A DNA stretch of 64,000 nucleotides from Pirellulales bacterium (GCA_049840675.1 JASGKB010000013.1:27288-91287), one strand, 5' to 3'; numbered from the stretch's first letter, positions 1-10,681 are shown. Made by a program: numbers and translations. Notes: generated by a model from the letters alone, not told the origin.

Positions 1-13
1 GCGAGAGAAAAAG

Positions 14-928
14 TTGGCGACGGCCGTCGGCGCGCTCGCGGTGCTGGCCGTGTTGGTGCTCGGCGTACAAGGGTATCGCGGGGCCGTGTCGTTGCGGCAA
101 ACTCAGCTCAATGCGGCCCGCGACGAATTGAATAAGAAGCAGTTGTCGGTCATTCAGGCGGCGGCCGCCAATCTCAAGCTCAGCGACTGGGAGCAGCAGT
201 CGCTCCCGCGCAATCGCGAAGTGGCCCGCTCGCTGTACCAGAATTGGCTGGTCGCCGAGTTGAACAAAGCCCGGCTGTCGCAAGTCACGGTCGACGCCGG
301 ACGCGGCACGCAATTGCGCGACGTCTTCACGAAGCAGCCGTTTACGGTGCGGGCTCGCGGCCGATTGGAAAGCGTCTCTCGTTTTCTCACGGCGTTCTAC
401 AAAGCCGATCATTTGCAGCAGATTCGCGATCTAGCGTTGCAGCCTCTGGCCGACGGCAGCGAACTTCAGGTGACGATGACGATCGAAGCCTTGGTGCTGA
501 ACGACGCGGCCCGCTTGAATGCGCTACACGACGGAGTGAATCCGACCTGGAATCAGCAGTCGAGCGACGCCGCCGTGAAGACGATCGTCGAGCGAAATCT
601 CTTCGCGGCGTACGTTCCGCCTCCTCCGCCCCCGCCGCCGCCTCGCGAATCGAGCCCGCCTCCCCCTCCTCCGCCGGCGTTTGATCCGGCGAAGTTCACG
701 TTCCTCACGTCGATCATCTCCGTCGACGATCAGCCGCAGGCCTGGCTCAACGTTCGTCCGACCAATCAGTTGTTGCGGCTCTTCGAGGGCGACAGCATCT
801 CGGTCGGCCGGTTCGAAGGGAAATTGGTGCGCATCGGCGACCGAGAGATAGAGATCGAGGCGGCCGGCAAGCGCCGCGTCGTCGCCATCGGCAAGTCGCT
901 TGAGCAAGGCGTCGAACTGCCGCTGTAG
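14..928 (+). CDS. PilO-like / PilP-like fusion protein of a pilus or secretion assembly platform; probably 5'-truncated by the window edge
   Basis: ORF 14..928. The frame stays open back to nt 2 (..REKK before the TM helix ATAVGALAVLAVLVLGV). It has a coiled-coil segment and a PilO-type core (FTVRARGRLESVSRFLTAFYKADHLQQIRDLALQP). A poly-Pro linker follows, then a PilP/GspC-HR-like beta domain (AWLNVRPTNQLLRLFEGDSISVGRFEGKLVRIGDREIEIE). It lies directly upstream of a secretin gene. Confidence 0.5.
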   Translation: MATAVGALAVLAVLVLGVQGYRGAVSLRQTQLNAARDELNKKQLSVIQAAAANLKLSDWEQQSLPRNREVARSLYQNWLVAELNKARLSQVTVDAGRGTQLRDVFTKQPFTVRARGRLESVSRFLTAFYKADHLQQIRDLALQPLADGSELQVTMTIEALVLNDAARLNALHDGVNPTWNQQSSDAAVKTIVERNLFAAYVPPPPPPPPPRESSPPPPPPPAFDPAKFTFLTSIISVDDQPQAWLNVRPTNQLLRLFEGDSISVGRFEGKLVRIGDREIEIEAAGKRRVVAIGKSLEQGVELPL

Positions 929-1134
929 CCGGCAAAGCGTGATTCACGCGCTCGCTTGCTGCCGGCATGCCGGCGTTGCTCCGTCCGCTTTTTCTTGCGC
1001 TTCGGCAAGTTTCGGGAAATACCTCAAGAGCCTCCTGGGGTTTACCGATACCTGGGCTCGACGAGGCGCGTGCGCGCACGCTGCGCGCCTCACGATTGGC
1101 CGGCGGGGGGCAATCCCGCTTAGCGACAATCGCC

Positions 1135-4100
1135 GTGAACTTCGCCGTAATTCGCCGCGCTGCGGTGCTCGCCTTGTTGGGCGGAGCATCGTTCTTCATC
1201 GTCGACGCCGCTTGCGCAGCTTCCTGCCGCGTCGCCGGGCGTCGCCGGCTTTCAGGCCTACCCGCTGCGCCACGTTCGGGCCGATTCGGTCCGTCCGCAG
1301 GTCGAACAACTGCTACAAGGCGGCCGCGAGCCGTTCGAGCTCGTCGTCGACGCCGCCGGTAACCGCCTATTGGTCGGCGGCTCGCCCGCGATGCAGGCGC
1401 TCGTCGCACAAGTGCTGACGACGCTCGATCGACCGGCGCCGCAGAACATCGCGATGGCTCCGCCCGTTGCCTCTGCACCGGCCGCGGTGCCGCAACCGGT
1501 TCCTCGAATCGCCGCTTATTCGGTCGCCGGCGGCAATGTCGTCGCCACGGCCGAACGACTTCAGCAACAATTCGCCGCCGCCGGAGCCCGTATTGCCGCC
1601 GATGAGCGAACCGGACAGGTCATTGTGGTCGCCGCGGACGACGTACAGCGAGCGGTCGCGCAAGTCTTAAACGCCCCGCAGACGCCGGCCGCCGGCGCGA
1701 TCTCCGCGCCCAATCCGGCCGCCAAGTCGCTCACGCTGCAAAACATCGAGTGGAACCGTTTGGAAGAACGGCTCCGTGCGCTCTACGGCGGACGCTTGTC
1801 GTCGACCGCGGAGAACACGGGACGGGTTCGCTTGCGGCTGACGTTGGCCGAGGCGCGATCGTTGGAAATGGTCTACGATCCGATGCCGCGACGCGTCGAC
1901 TTCGTCGGCGACGTTGCCACGGCCGAAGCCGCCGCACGGTTGATCTCGGCCCTAGATCGGGCCTCCGGCATCTCGACGCAACCCAACGCCGCGGAACGCA
2001 TCGTTCCTTATCGCTCGGCCGATCGCGAATCGATCCGTCAGGCGATGACCGTGTCGCACCGCTTGGCGGATACGCCTGCTGCGCCCGCCCCGGTCGAGCA
2101 AGCCCCGCAAGGCCCCGCCCTGCCTCGCAACATTCCGCTGGTCGCCCAAGTCTTTCAGCCCGGCACAGCGCAGAATCCGGCGGTCGTGCAAGCTCCGCCC
2201 GTGCAGCAACCGGCCGGCGCCGTCGCTCCGCCGGTTCCGGCCGCCGCCGCGAACGCACAACCGGGCGTCAACGTGCAACCGGGAGCCGGCGCGGCGATCG
2301 TGCCGGGCGCCGATCCGGCGGCCGTCGCCGCCGCGGTGCAAGCTCAAGCCGCGCAAGCCGGACTGGTCGGGCCCGTGCAGATCGAATTTCTCGACGGCCT
2401 CGACGTGCTCGTCGTCAGCGGTAACGATCGCGACGTCGAACGAGTCATCAAAATCATTGAAGACATCGAACGCCTCAGCGTCGACACGCAGCCGGCCGTC
2501 GAAATCGTGCCGCTGCAGCACGTGTCGGGCGAAGCCTTGGCCACGGTCGTCACGCAGATTTACAACGCCGTGTTGTCGACCCGGCAAGGGACCGTGAGCA
2601 TCACCGCTTTGGTGAAGCCCAACGCCTTGTTGCTGATCGGCCGGGCGGAAAGCGTCGCCGCCGTGAAAGAGCTGATCTTGAAGCTCGACCAACCGGTCGA
2701 GCCGCAGGCGCAGTTTGCCGTGTTTCCATTGAAGCACGCTTCGGCGGCCACGGTGCAGTCGACCTTGCAAGGATTCTTCACGACCCCGACCGACGGTCGC
2801 CCCGTCGGTCTCGGCCCGAAGGTCGAAGTGACGGCCGACGTTCGCACCAATTCCGTCATCGTGCGGGCCGGACCTCGCGACTTGCTCGAAGCCGGCGAAT
2901 TGATCAAGCGTCTCGACGTTGCCGGCGGCGAAGCCGAAAACGAACTCCGCGTGTTCCACCTCGAAAACGCTTTGGCCGAAGAACTTGCGCCGGTCTTGCA
3001 AGACGCCGTCACGGCGCAAGCCTCCGGCGGTTCGTCGTCCGGCGGCGCGCTGCAGGCCTTGGCCCAAGCCGGCGGAGCGGCGCAGACTCCGGCCTCGTCC
3101 GGTTCCTCGGCACGCTCGGCAAGCCTGAAGTTCACGACCATCGATTCGGAAGGTCATCGCCAATACCGCTCGGGCATTCTGAACGACGTCCGGATTACGG
3201 CGGACGCTCGGGCTAATTCGCTCGTGGTTTCCGCACCGGCCGAAGCCATGGAATTGATCTCCGCGCTGGTTCGTCAGCTCGACGCCACGCCTGCGGCTCG
3301 CTCGCAGATCAAAGTGTTTACGATCATGAATGGCGACGCCTCCGCGCTCGTCGAAATGCTCAACGCCCTTTTCGGCCGCACGACGACCGCCGGTGCGGGC
3401 GGCTTCGGCGGCGCGGCCAATCAGAATCAGCAGCAGGCGCAAAACTTGCTCGTGCCGCTGCGATTCTCGGTCGACCAACGGACGAACAGCATCATCGCTT
3501 CCGGCAGCACGGAAGACCTGACGGTGGTCGAAGCCATCCTCTTGCGACTCGACGACAGCGACGTTCGCCAGCGACAGAGCATCGTTTACCGTTTGAAAAA
3601 CGCTCCGGCGACGGACGTGGCGACCGCGATTAATGAGTTCCTGCGCAGCGAGCGGGAAGTGCAACAGGTGCAGCCCGGCTTGGTGAGTCCGTTTGAACAG
3701 ATCGAACGCGAGGTCGTCGTCGTGCCGGAACCGGTGAGCAACAGCCTCATCGTCAGCAGCACGCCCCGCTACTTCGAAGAGATCAAAAAGCTGGTCGAAG
3801 ACATCGACAAGCGTCCGCCGATGGTCATGATCCAGGTGCTCATCGCGGAAGTGGCGCTGAACAACACCGACGAATTCGGCGTGGAAGTCGGTCTGCAAGA
3901 CTCGATTCTCTTCGATCGGAGCTTGCTCGGTGACTTGGTGACGATCACACAAACGACGCAAACGCCGCAAGGCAATACGGTCGTCACGACGACGAATCAG
4001 AACGTCGTCGCCGCGACGAACCAGCCGGGTTACGCGTTCAACAACGCGCCGCTGGGAAATAGCGGTGCGACGAGCGCCTTGGCGCAGTCGAAACGTGTCG

Positions 4101-5287
4101 GTGCGCAAGGGTTGTCGAACTTCGCCGTCGGCCGCACGAACGCCGATCTCGGTTTCGGCGGCCTCGTGCTTTCCGCGTCGAGCGAAAGCGTCAGCGTGTT
4201 GATTCGAGCCCTGCAGGAAAGCCGCCGGCTCGACGTGTTGAGCCGTCCGCAAGTGATGACGCTCGACAATCAAGCGGCGTTCGTGCAGGTGGGCTCGCGC
4301 GTGCCGCGCGTGCAAGGTGTGACGATCAACACGACCGGCCAAGTGAACAATGTGGTCGACGTCAACGTCGGTCTGATCCTCGGCGTCACGCCGCGCATCT
4401 CGCCGGACGGTCTCGTGGTCATGGAAATCGACGCGGAAAAGTCGGCTCTCGGACCGGAACTCGAAGGCGTGCCGATCTCGGTTTCCGCAACCGGCGAAGT
4501 CGTGCGGCAGCCGCTGATCAATACGACGACCGCCCAAACGACGGTCAGCGCCATGGACGGCCAAACGGTCGTGCTCGGCGGTCTGATCACCAAGTCGCGC
4601 AGCACGATCAAGCGCCGCGTGCCGTATCTTTCGTCGATCCCGATTCTCGGCAACCTCTTCCGCTACGACAACATTTCGAGCGAACGGACCGAACTGCTCA
4701 TCATCATGACGCCGCACATCGTTCGTGATGAAGAAGACGCGGCCCATATCCGCCAAGTCGAATCGGCGCGGATGTCGTGGTGCTTGGCCGACGTGCGGGC
4801 CCTGCATAGCAGCGTCGGTCTCTACAGCCGCGAAGATATCTGGGCGGAAGAAGAGACCATGACGATCTACCCTGACTTGCAACCGACCGGAGAACCGATT
4901 CCGCACGCTTCGGAGCAAATGCCGGCGCCTGCGGGTTCCGTGCCGACGCCTCCCGCGACTCCGGGACCGACCGTCGTGCCGGCAACGCCGCCGAATCCGC
5001 CGACGCCTCCGCCTCCGAGCCCACCGCTCTTGCCGAAGGCCGACACACAGCAAGGGAACGAACTTCCTCAGGCAGGTTTCAATCAGCCGGTCGACCAACA
5101 AAACGCTTCCGACATTTCCACGCTCGAATTCCAGGAACAAGCCGGCGCCGGCCCGCGGCCCGTCATTCCGATATTCGCGCCGCCGGGTTCGCCCGTGCCG
5201 GCGAACGTGCCGAACTATTCGCCCGAAGTCATTCCCGCTCAGTACGCCGTGCCGGTCGTTCCGGGCTCTGCAGGAGTTGCACCGTGA
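1135..5287 (+). CDS. Giant secretin (PilQ/GspD family outer-membrane channel), with an apparent 1-nt indel near nt 1210
   Basis: ORF 1370..5287 carries repeated secretin N-domains (VLVVSGNDRDVERVIKIIEDIE; NSLVVSAPAEAMELISALVRQLD; NSIIASGSTEDLTVVEAILLRLD; NSLIVSSTPRYFEEIKKLVEDID). The secretin core is present (MVMIQVLIAEVALNNTDEFGVEVG ... RRVPYLSSIPILGNLFRYDNISSERTELLIIMTPHIV). An N0-like segment GFQAYPLRHVRADSVRPQVEQLL is in the same frame upstream of nt 1370 but has no start codon. A signal peptide (VNFAVIRRAAVLALLGGASFFIVDAA) lies in the +1 frame from GTG 1135. The C-terminal tail is Pro-rich. Confidence 0.9.
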
Positions 5288-6388
5288 GTTTTGCGAAGCT
5301 TCGTCTCTCCCTCGCCTTGCGGTTCGCCGTCGTCGTCGCGTCGGCCGCGGCCGCCGTCGGGTGCCAGAAGTTCGACATGACGAAAGCCATTCCCTGGGGC
5401 GGCGGGGAAGACGGCCAACTTGAGCGGCCGATGAAGGTCGTCGCCGTGTGGACCGACACCGTGCTCTCGCAAGGCATGGCTCCGTCGACCCGCGGATTCG
5501 GCGGTCGCCTCATGTTTTACGCGGCGGAAGACGGCAAGCCGGTGAAAGCTCGCGGCACCCTCACGGTTTACGCGTTTGATGAAACGGATCGCGACATTGC
5601 GCTTCACGAAGCCGGACCGCAAATTCGTCTTCACGCCGGAGCAATTCGAAAAGCACTACAGCAAGTCGGCGCTCGGGCATTCGTACAGCGTTTGGCTCCC
5701 GTGGGATGCCGCAGGCGGGCCCTTTCGCGAGATCAGCCTGATGGTCCGCTTCCAGCCTGAGAGCGGTTCGTCGGTCGTCGGCGAGCCGTCGAAGCAGCAT
5801 TTGCCGGGCGTGCGAGCCGAAGAGCAAAACAAGCCGATCGCCAAAGTGCCGGGCATAAATAGCCTGCCGGGAGCCAATGGCGCAACCGCGGGACTCTTGC
5901 AACCGGCCGCGGCGAACATGCCGCCGGCGTCGGGCGTTCAGCAAGTCGGCTACGAGCAACCGCTTGGACAGCCGGGCGAATCGGGCGTTGCCCAGCCTTC
6001 CTCAACCGGCCGACGCATGACGACGACGACCATCGCGCTGCCGAACACTCCGCAATCGCGCCGATCGTCGTCGCTCGGCCAAAGTCTGCAATCGCCGCAA
6101 CAGCCGACTTCGCCCGGGCACGTTCCGCAGCCGATTTGGAATCAGCAAGGCGCGGCGACTACGGCTGCGTCGCAGGCGGTTGGGCAACCGGCGGCGGCGC
6201 CACAACATTCGGCGCCCCTGCAATCGTCAGGTCATTACGGACCGCAGAGACTCCGGCCTCTAGGTTCGCCAATTGCTCGGCTAACCGCGCGATCATGCGC
6301 CGTGGCAACCACCCCGGATAGAACCGCCGTCCGACCTTCCATTCTCACATCAATAGCGCCGAGCTTCGCCATTCGCGGGCTCAACTGA
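5284..6388 (+). CDS. Lipoprotein translationally coupled to the secretin (pilotin candidate); frameshift near 5590-5605; 3' end uncertain
   Basis: GTG 5284 overlaps the secretin stop (GTGA). Signal peptide plus lipobox: LRFAVVVASAAAAVGC. ORF 5284..5760 and ORF 5576..6388 join as ..TLTVYAFDETDRD / LRFTKPDRKFVFTPEQFEKHYSKSALGHSYSVWLPWD... The Q/P/S-rich tail past about 6160 overlaps the convergent BON gene and may not be real. Confidence 0.5.
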
Positions 6389-6945
6389 AACCGCGATTGC
6401 AGCGCCGCGTCGACCAGCTCTGGTTTCGGCGGTGCGAAATCGAAGCCGATCGATTGCTCCACGCGCGGCTGCACGCGCCGCGAGCCTAGCCCGCCGGTCA
6501 TGCCGGTTTGGCGATTGGGGTTCGAGGTGTCGTTGTTCGCGCGGTGCCCTTGCTGGGCGGAGTAGTTGGAAAGCTGGCTGAAGAAGCTGGCCGCATCACC
6601 CGAGTCGCCGCCGACGAATTGCCCCGGCTGCCGCGCTCCGCGGACGAAGCGTTCGCCGCCGGTGATCTGTCCGGCCGAGTTGTCGCCGCGCGTCGTCGCG
6701 CCGGCCACGCCGCCTCCCATGCCCATCGCTCCGCCGAACCCGGCGGGCATGCCGCCGGCCGCGGTGCTGCGAGTACCGCCGAACGTACTGGCCGCCGGTG
6801 AGAAACTGGAGCCCATCGAGCGGGCCCCGAACGAACCGGAGCTTTGGGCCTGGGCAACGTCGCCCACCGCAAATACGAGAACGATTGTTGCTACCGATAA
6901 AACGTAGGGTGCCACTGGCGGCTTGCCCGCCAGTGCATTTTTCAA
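6159..6945 (-). CDS. Exported Gly-rich protein with C-terminal BON domain (OsmY-like); frameshift near 6280-6286
   Basis: Part of ORF 6235..7302(-): signal-like YVLSVATIVLVFAVGDVAQAQ, a Gly/Ala/Ser-rich region, then BON-type LGAIDVRMEGRTAVLSGVVATAHDRAV. After a 1-nt shift the text continues AEQLANLEAGVSAVRNDLTIAG with a stop at 6159. The start (TTG 6945 or GTG 6915) is uncertain and overlaps a palindromic repeat. Confidence 0.5.
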
Positions 6946-6984
6946 CGTCGAACTCGGCACTGGCGGACAAGCCGCCAGTGGCAC
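6904..6984. repeat. REP doublet (REPIN-like): two inverted 28-nt units, each itself a hairpin
   Basis: 6909..6936 is gtgccactggcggcttgcccgccagtgc. 6957..6984 is its reverse complement with one mismatch (27/28), after a 20-nt spacer. Each unit contains cactggcgg/ccgccagtg. The left unit is preceded by GTAG (6904..6907). Confidence 0.6.
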
Positions 6985-7215
6985 ACGCGCCGACGGTGAC
7001 GTTGTCGTCGCGGTCCCAATATTTCGTCGCATCCGGCGAACTCCTGAAACCTGCCCGCGGCGGCGTTGGTAACACCAGCGCCGGGCGAGCCGTACCGCAT
7101 TCAGTATACTATGGTCGACCGGCCCGAACCAAACTCGCCTTGCCTCGCCCCGCGGCCCGACCGGTTGCTTATCCGCCAGTGCCGCCGCCGGCCCCTTCCT
7201 CGAAAGCTCCCTGCC

Positions 7216-9143
7216 ATGTATCGGTCGCCCAGGTTTCGCCGCTCGCTGGTTGCCGTTTTGCTGCTGATTGTGTGGGGCCTGCCGTCGGCAACCTTTGCCC
7301 AAACCGCGCCGCCGGCGGCGGAGAAGCCCGCCGCCCCCTCGAAAACCACGACTTCATCCAAACCGGTCGAAGCGGCGAAGCCCGCCCCCGGCTCCGTCGC
7401 CGGGCGTCCGGAATTTGCCCGGCTCCTGCCGCCGGAAACCTTGGCCTACATGCGCGTCGTCAACGCGCCGGAGGTCCGCACCGAGTGGTTCCAAACGGCC
7501 ATGGGGCGCATGGTCGAAGACCCGCAATTCAAACCGCTCTGGGATCAGCTGATCGCCAGCATCGAAACGGCCTTCACGCCGGTGCGCGACAAGATCGGTC
7601 TCGGCTTCGTCGAACTGCTCACGTTGCCGCAAGGCGAGTTCGGGTTCGCCGTGTTGCCGATCGAAGGCGCCCCCCCGCCCTGCTCTTCTTCATCGAAGCG
7701 CCCGACAACGATCGGAGCGTCGATACGCTGATCGAGCGCGGCCGTACGTTGCTCACGGAGCAACAGTGGATCGAAGAATCGGAGCAAGTCGGCGACGCGA
7801 CGCTGAACGTTTTTCGCCGCGGTACCGGCAAGACCGAGCGACTGATTTATTTGCGCCGGCAAGGCGTGCTGGCGATCGGCACGAACGTCGACGCCTTCAA
7901 GCACCTGCTCGGCCTGTGGAACGGCGGCGCGGAAGCGACGCTCGCGGACCAGCCGGCGTTCGTCACGCTCGAACGCTTGATCGGCAAGGCCGAAGGCGCT
8001 CCGGCGCAGATTTCGTGGTTCGTCGATCCGATCAACTTGGTGCGCGCGGCGAATTCGGGCAACCCGGCCGCCGCGGTCGGCATGGCCATGTTGCCGGCGC
8101 TCGGGCTCGACGGACTCACGGCCCTGGCCGGGAGCTTCACGTTCAATCGCGGCCAGTTCGAAGTGATCGGGCAGGCCTACCTGCTGCTCGACGTGCCGCG
8201 GGCCGGCATCATGGAACTCATCGCCTTGCAACCGACCGAGACGGAACCGGAGCCGTGGGTGACGGACAAGGTCGCCAACTACTCGACGTTCACCTGGGAC
8301 TTTGATCGCACGTACAACAAGCTGCGCGAGATCGTCGACAGCTTCGCCGGCGAAGGAACGTTCCGCCGCCAGACGGTGGAGAACTTGCTGAAAAACACCG
8401 ACGTCGATCTGGAAAAGGATCTGCTGCCGGAGCTCGACGGCCGCATCAGCGTCGTGGTCGCCATTCAAGAGCCGGTGGAATTCGATAGCCGCAACCAGCT
8501 GTGGGCGTTGCATCTGAAAGAGAAGCACAAGCTGGCGCCGGTGCTTAAGAAGTTTCTCGACAAGGTCGGCGACAAGCTCGAAACCAAAGGCTTCGCCGGC
8601 GTGACTTACTACCAACTGAAGAGGCCGGACGTACCCACGGAAGACCCCTTCGGCGATGAGCAGGCCGATCGTGAAGGGCGCCGCCGTCCGCGTCGTGTGC
8701 AGATCGGCATGGCTTGGCCGGCGTTTTGCCTGCTCGACGATTGCCTGCTCATCGGCGACGGTTCGGCCGTGTTGGAACGAGCGCTGGCGACGCTCGCCGG
8801 CGGCTCGGGTCGCTTGGCCGACTCGCTCGATTACAAGCTCATTGCGTCGAAGGCCAAGCGTTACGCGGGCGAACAAGGCCCCGGCTTCGTCGGCTTCGTG
8901 CGTCCGGACGAAGAGATGCGTTACCTGCACGGTCTGGCGGTGAGCGAGAAGACGCGGAAATTTCTCACGTCGAACGAGAAGAATCAGTTTCTCAACGACG
9001 TGAATCAGGCCCTCGTCGATCGCCCGCCCCCGCCGCTGGAAGTCATGCAGCAATACTACGCCCCGGGCGGCACGATCGTCGTCGACGAACCGACCGGCGT
9101 GCGCTATCTGAGCTTCGTACTGAAGCGTGACCAAGGGAAGTGA
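7216..9143 (+). CDS. Secreted hypothetical protein (about 640 aa); frameshift in a C7 run at 7670..7676
   Basis: ATG 7216 gives signal peptide MYRSPRFRRSLVAVLLLIVWGLPSATFAQ (frame of ORF 7066..7731). The text ..GEFGFAVLPIEGAPP continues as ALLFFIEAPDNDRSVDTLIERG.. in the frame of ORF 6798..9143. No family recognised. Confidence 0.6.
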
Positions 9144-9255
9144 CGTGCGATGCTCGAATGCGAGCGTCGAGCCGTGAGGCCGACGTGTTCGGACCTCACT
9201 CGGAGCCGCAAAGCCGCGGAGCAGATGGGAAGAAGACAAGAATGAACGAAACGCC

Positions 9256-9329
9256 GTAGGGAACGCCCTCCGCGGCGTTCCACGAATCGGGTACCCGCCG
9301 CATGGAACGCCGCGGAGGGCGTTCCCTAC
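9256..9329. repeat. REP doublet (REPIN-like): perfect 27-nt inverted repeat with nested hairpins, flanked by GTAG/CTAC
   Basis: 9256..9282 gtagggaacgccctccgcggcgttcca and 9303..9329 tggaacgccgcggagggcgttccctac are exact reverse complements, with a 20-nt spacer. Each arm contains ggaacgcc/ggcgttcc. Intergenic location. Confidence 0.65.
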
Positions 9330-9570
9330 AGCAAGAAATCACTCTTACTCTTATCTCCACGATCCCCATCCTCATCCCCCTATCGCCCACTCCGTCTCTG
9401 CGCGCACGGTGAACATCGTTCCGCCGACAATCTGCGCCGGCCAAAAGTTGATTTGACGCGACCGCGAAACTCTGCTCAGGCCGAAGCTCGGCGAGCGGGC
9501 GTCGGCTCCATCCGGTAAGATGATCGGTGACCATCGTCGCTTCGCTCCCGATTGTCGTGGAGGCCTCTTC

Positions 9571-10681
9571 ATGTCGGTCCTATTTCAGGTCGTCTTCGTT
9601 TCGGCGTGGTTTGCGCTTTGCTCCGTCGCCGCGGCGCAAGCGGTCGCCGTGCCGCGGAACACGCTGGATGCCGACGAGGCTGCGGCCGTTGATGAAGCCG
9701 TGGTCGAGCAGATGCGGGAGCAGGGGTTGGTCGGCGTCGCCGTCGGTCTGCTGCACGAAGGCGAGATCGTCTATCTCAAAGGTTACGGCTTCGCCGATCG
9801 CGAACGACGCACGCCGGTGACGCTCGACACGGTGTTCAACTGGGCGTCGAACTCGAAGCCGCTCTGCGCCGTGGCGGCGATGCAACTCGTCGAACAAGGG
9901 AAGCTCGATCTCGACGCCGACGTGCGGCGTTACGTCCCCGAGTTTCCCGCGCACAAGGGGACGATCACGATGCGTCGCCTGCTCTCGCATCAGAGCGGAC
10001 TGCCGCATTACGACGGCCGCGTCGTGGCCGCCGCCGAGCGCAATCCGCGAACTCGGCCGCTCGCCGATCCGGTGTTCGCGCTGGATATGTTCAGCGCGTC
10101 GCCGTTGGAGTTCACGCCCGGCGCGCAGACGAACTATTCGTCGTACGCCTACATACTCGCCAGCGCCGTCGTGCAGCGGGCCGGAGACGAGCCGTTCGAT
10201 CGGCAGATTCACCGCCGCATCGCCGAACCGCTCGGGATGACGAGTCTGACGATCGACACGGCCGCGGCCGGTCAGCGGCATTGGGCCGTCGGCTATGAAG
10301 AGAATGACGACGGCGACATGGTCCGCGCCCCGAATCTGCGCACTACTGGAAGCATGGCGCGGGGGCGTACAAATCGAACATCGTCGACTTCGCGCCTGGG
10401 CCCGCGCCGTGCTCGATCGCAAGTTGCTCCGCGTGGAAACGTGGCGCGAAATGTGGGTTCGCCAACCGCTGGCCGACGGCGAACCGGGCGAGTTTGGCTT
10501 GGGTTTCACCGTCGAACGCCAGAACGGCTTGAAGGTTTCGCACAACGGAAGACAGCCCGAGGCGACGAGCCGGCTAGTGCTCTACCCGACGGCCCGCCAC
10601 GGCATCGTCGTGCTCACGAACTGCGGCCACGGCGAGCCGGGCGAGATCACGACGGCGATCTTTGCGGCGCTGGAAGAATGA
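9571..10681 (+). CDS. Serine hydrolase, beta-lactamase/PBP4* family; two 1-nt frameshifts (10328-10331 and about 10395)
   Basis: Signal peptide MSVLFQVVFVSAWFALCSVAAAQA, SxxK motif (WASNSKPL) and YxN-like YSSYAY. The frames join as ..DMVRAP / ESAHYWKHGAGAYKSNIVDFA / RWARAVLDRKLLRVETWREMW..LVLYPTARHGIVVLTNCG (ORF 9520.., an unlisted frame, ORF 10295..10681). Confidence 0.75.

Noticed and set aside
1952-5140. 1062-aa ORF on the minus strand opposite the secretin gene
   Set aside because: The Arg/Gly/Asp-rich, motif-free translation is typical of an antisense frame in high-GC DNA. The + strand encodes an unmistakable secretin.
6798-7215. 5' extension of ORF 6798..9143, and likewise 23823..24701 of the hisD ORF, 18270..18704 of gdh and 34881..35045 of the desaturase
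   Set aside because: The extensions are Arg/Pro-rich, run through intergenic repeats or the opposite-strand gene, and precede internal ATGs that give proper N-termini or signal peptides.
7660-7690. Possibility that the C7-run frameshift, and the others, are programmed ribosomal frameshifts or phase-variation switches
   Set aside because: There are no slippery heptamers or downstream stimulators. The shifts go in both directions, occur in housekeeping genes and number about 28 in 64 kb. Sequencing or assembly error is far more parsimonious. Phase variation cannot be fully excluded for the C7 run alone.
7545-9239. 564-aa minus-strand ORF. Similar long antisense ORFs lie at 9580..10545(-), 18261..19484(-), 21197..22207(-), 24783..25559(-), 47685..48344(-) and 49161..50588(-).
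   Set aside because: All lie opposite genes with recognisable or better-behaved products, and all have Arg-rich low-information translations. I treat them as shadows of GC3-biased coding strands.
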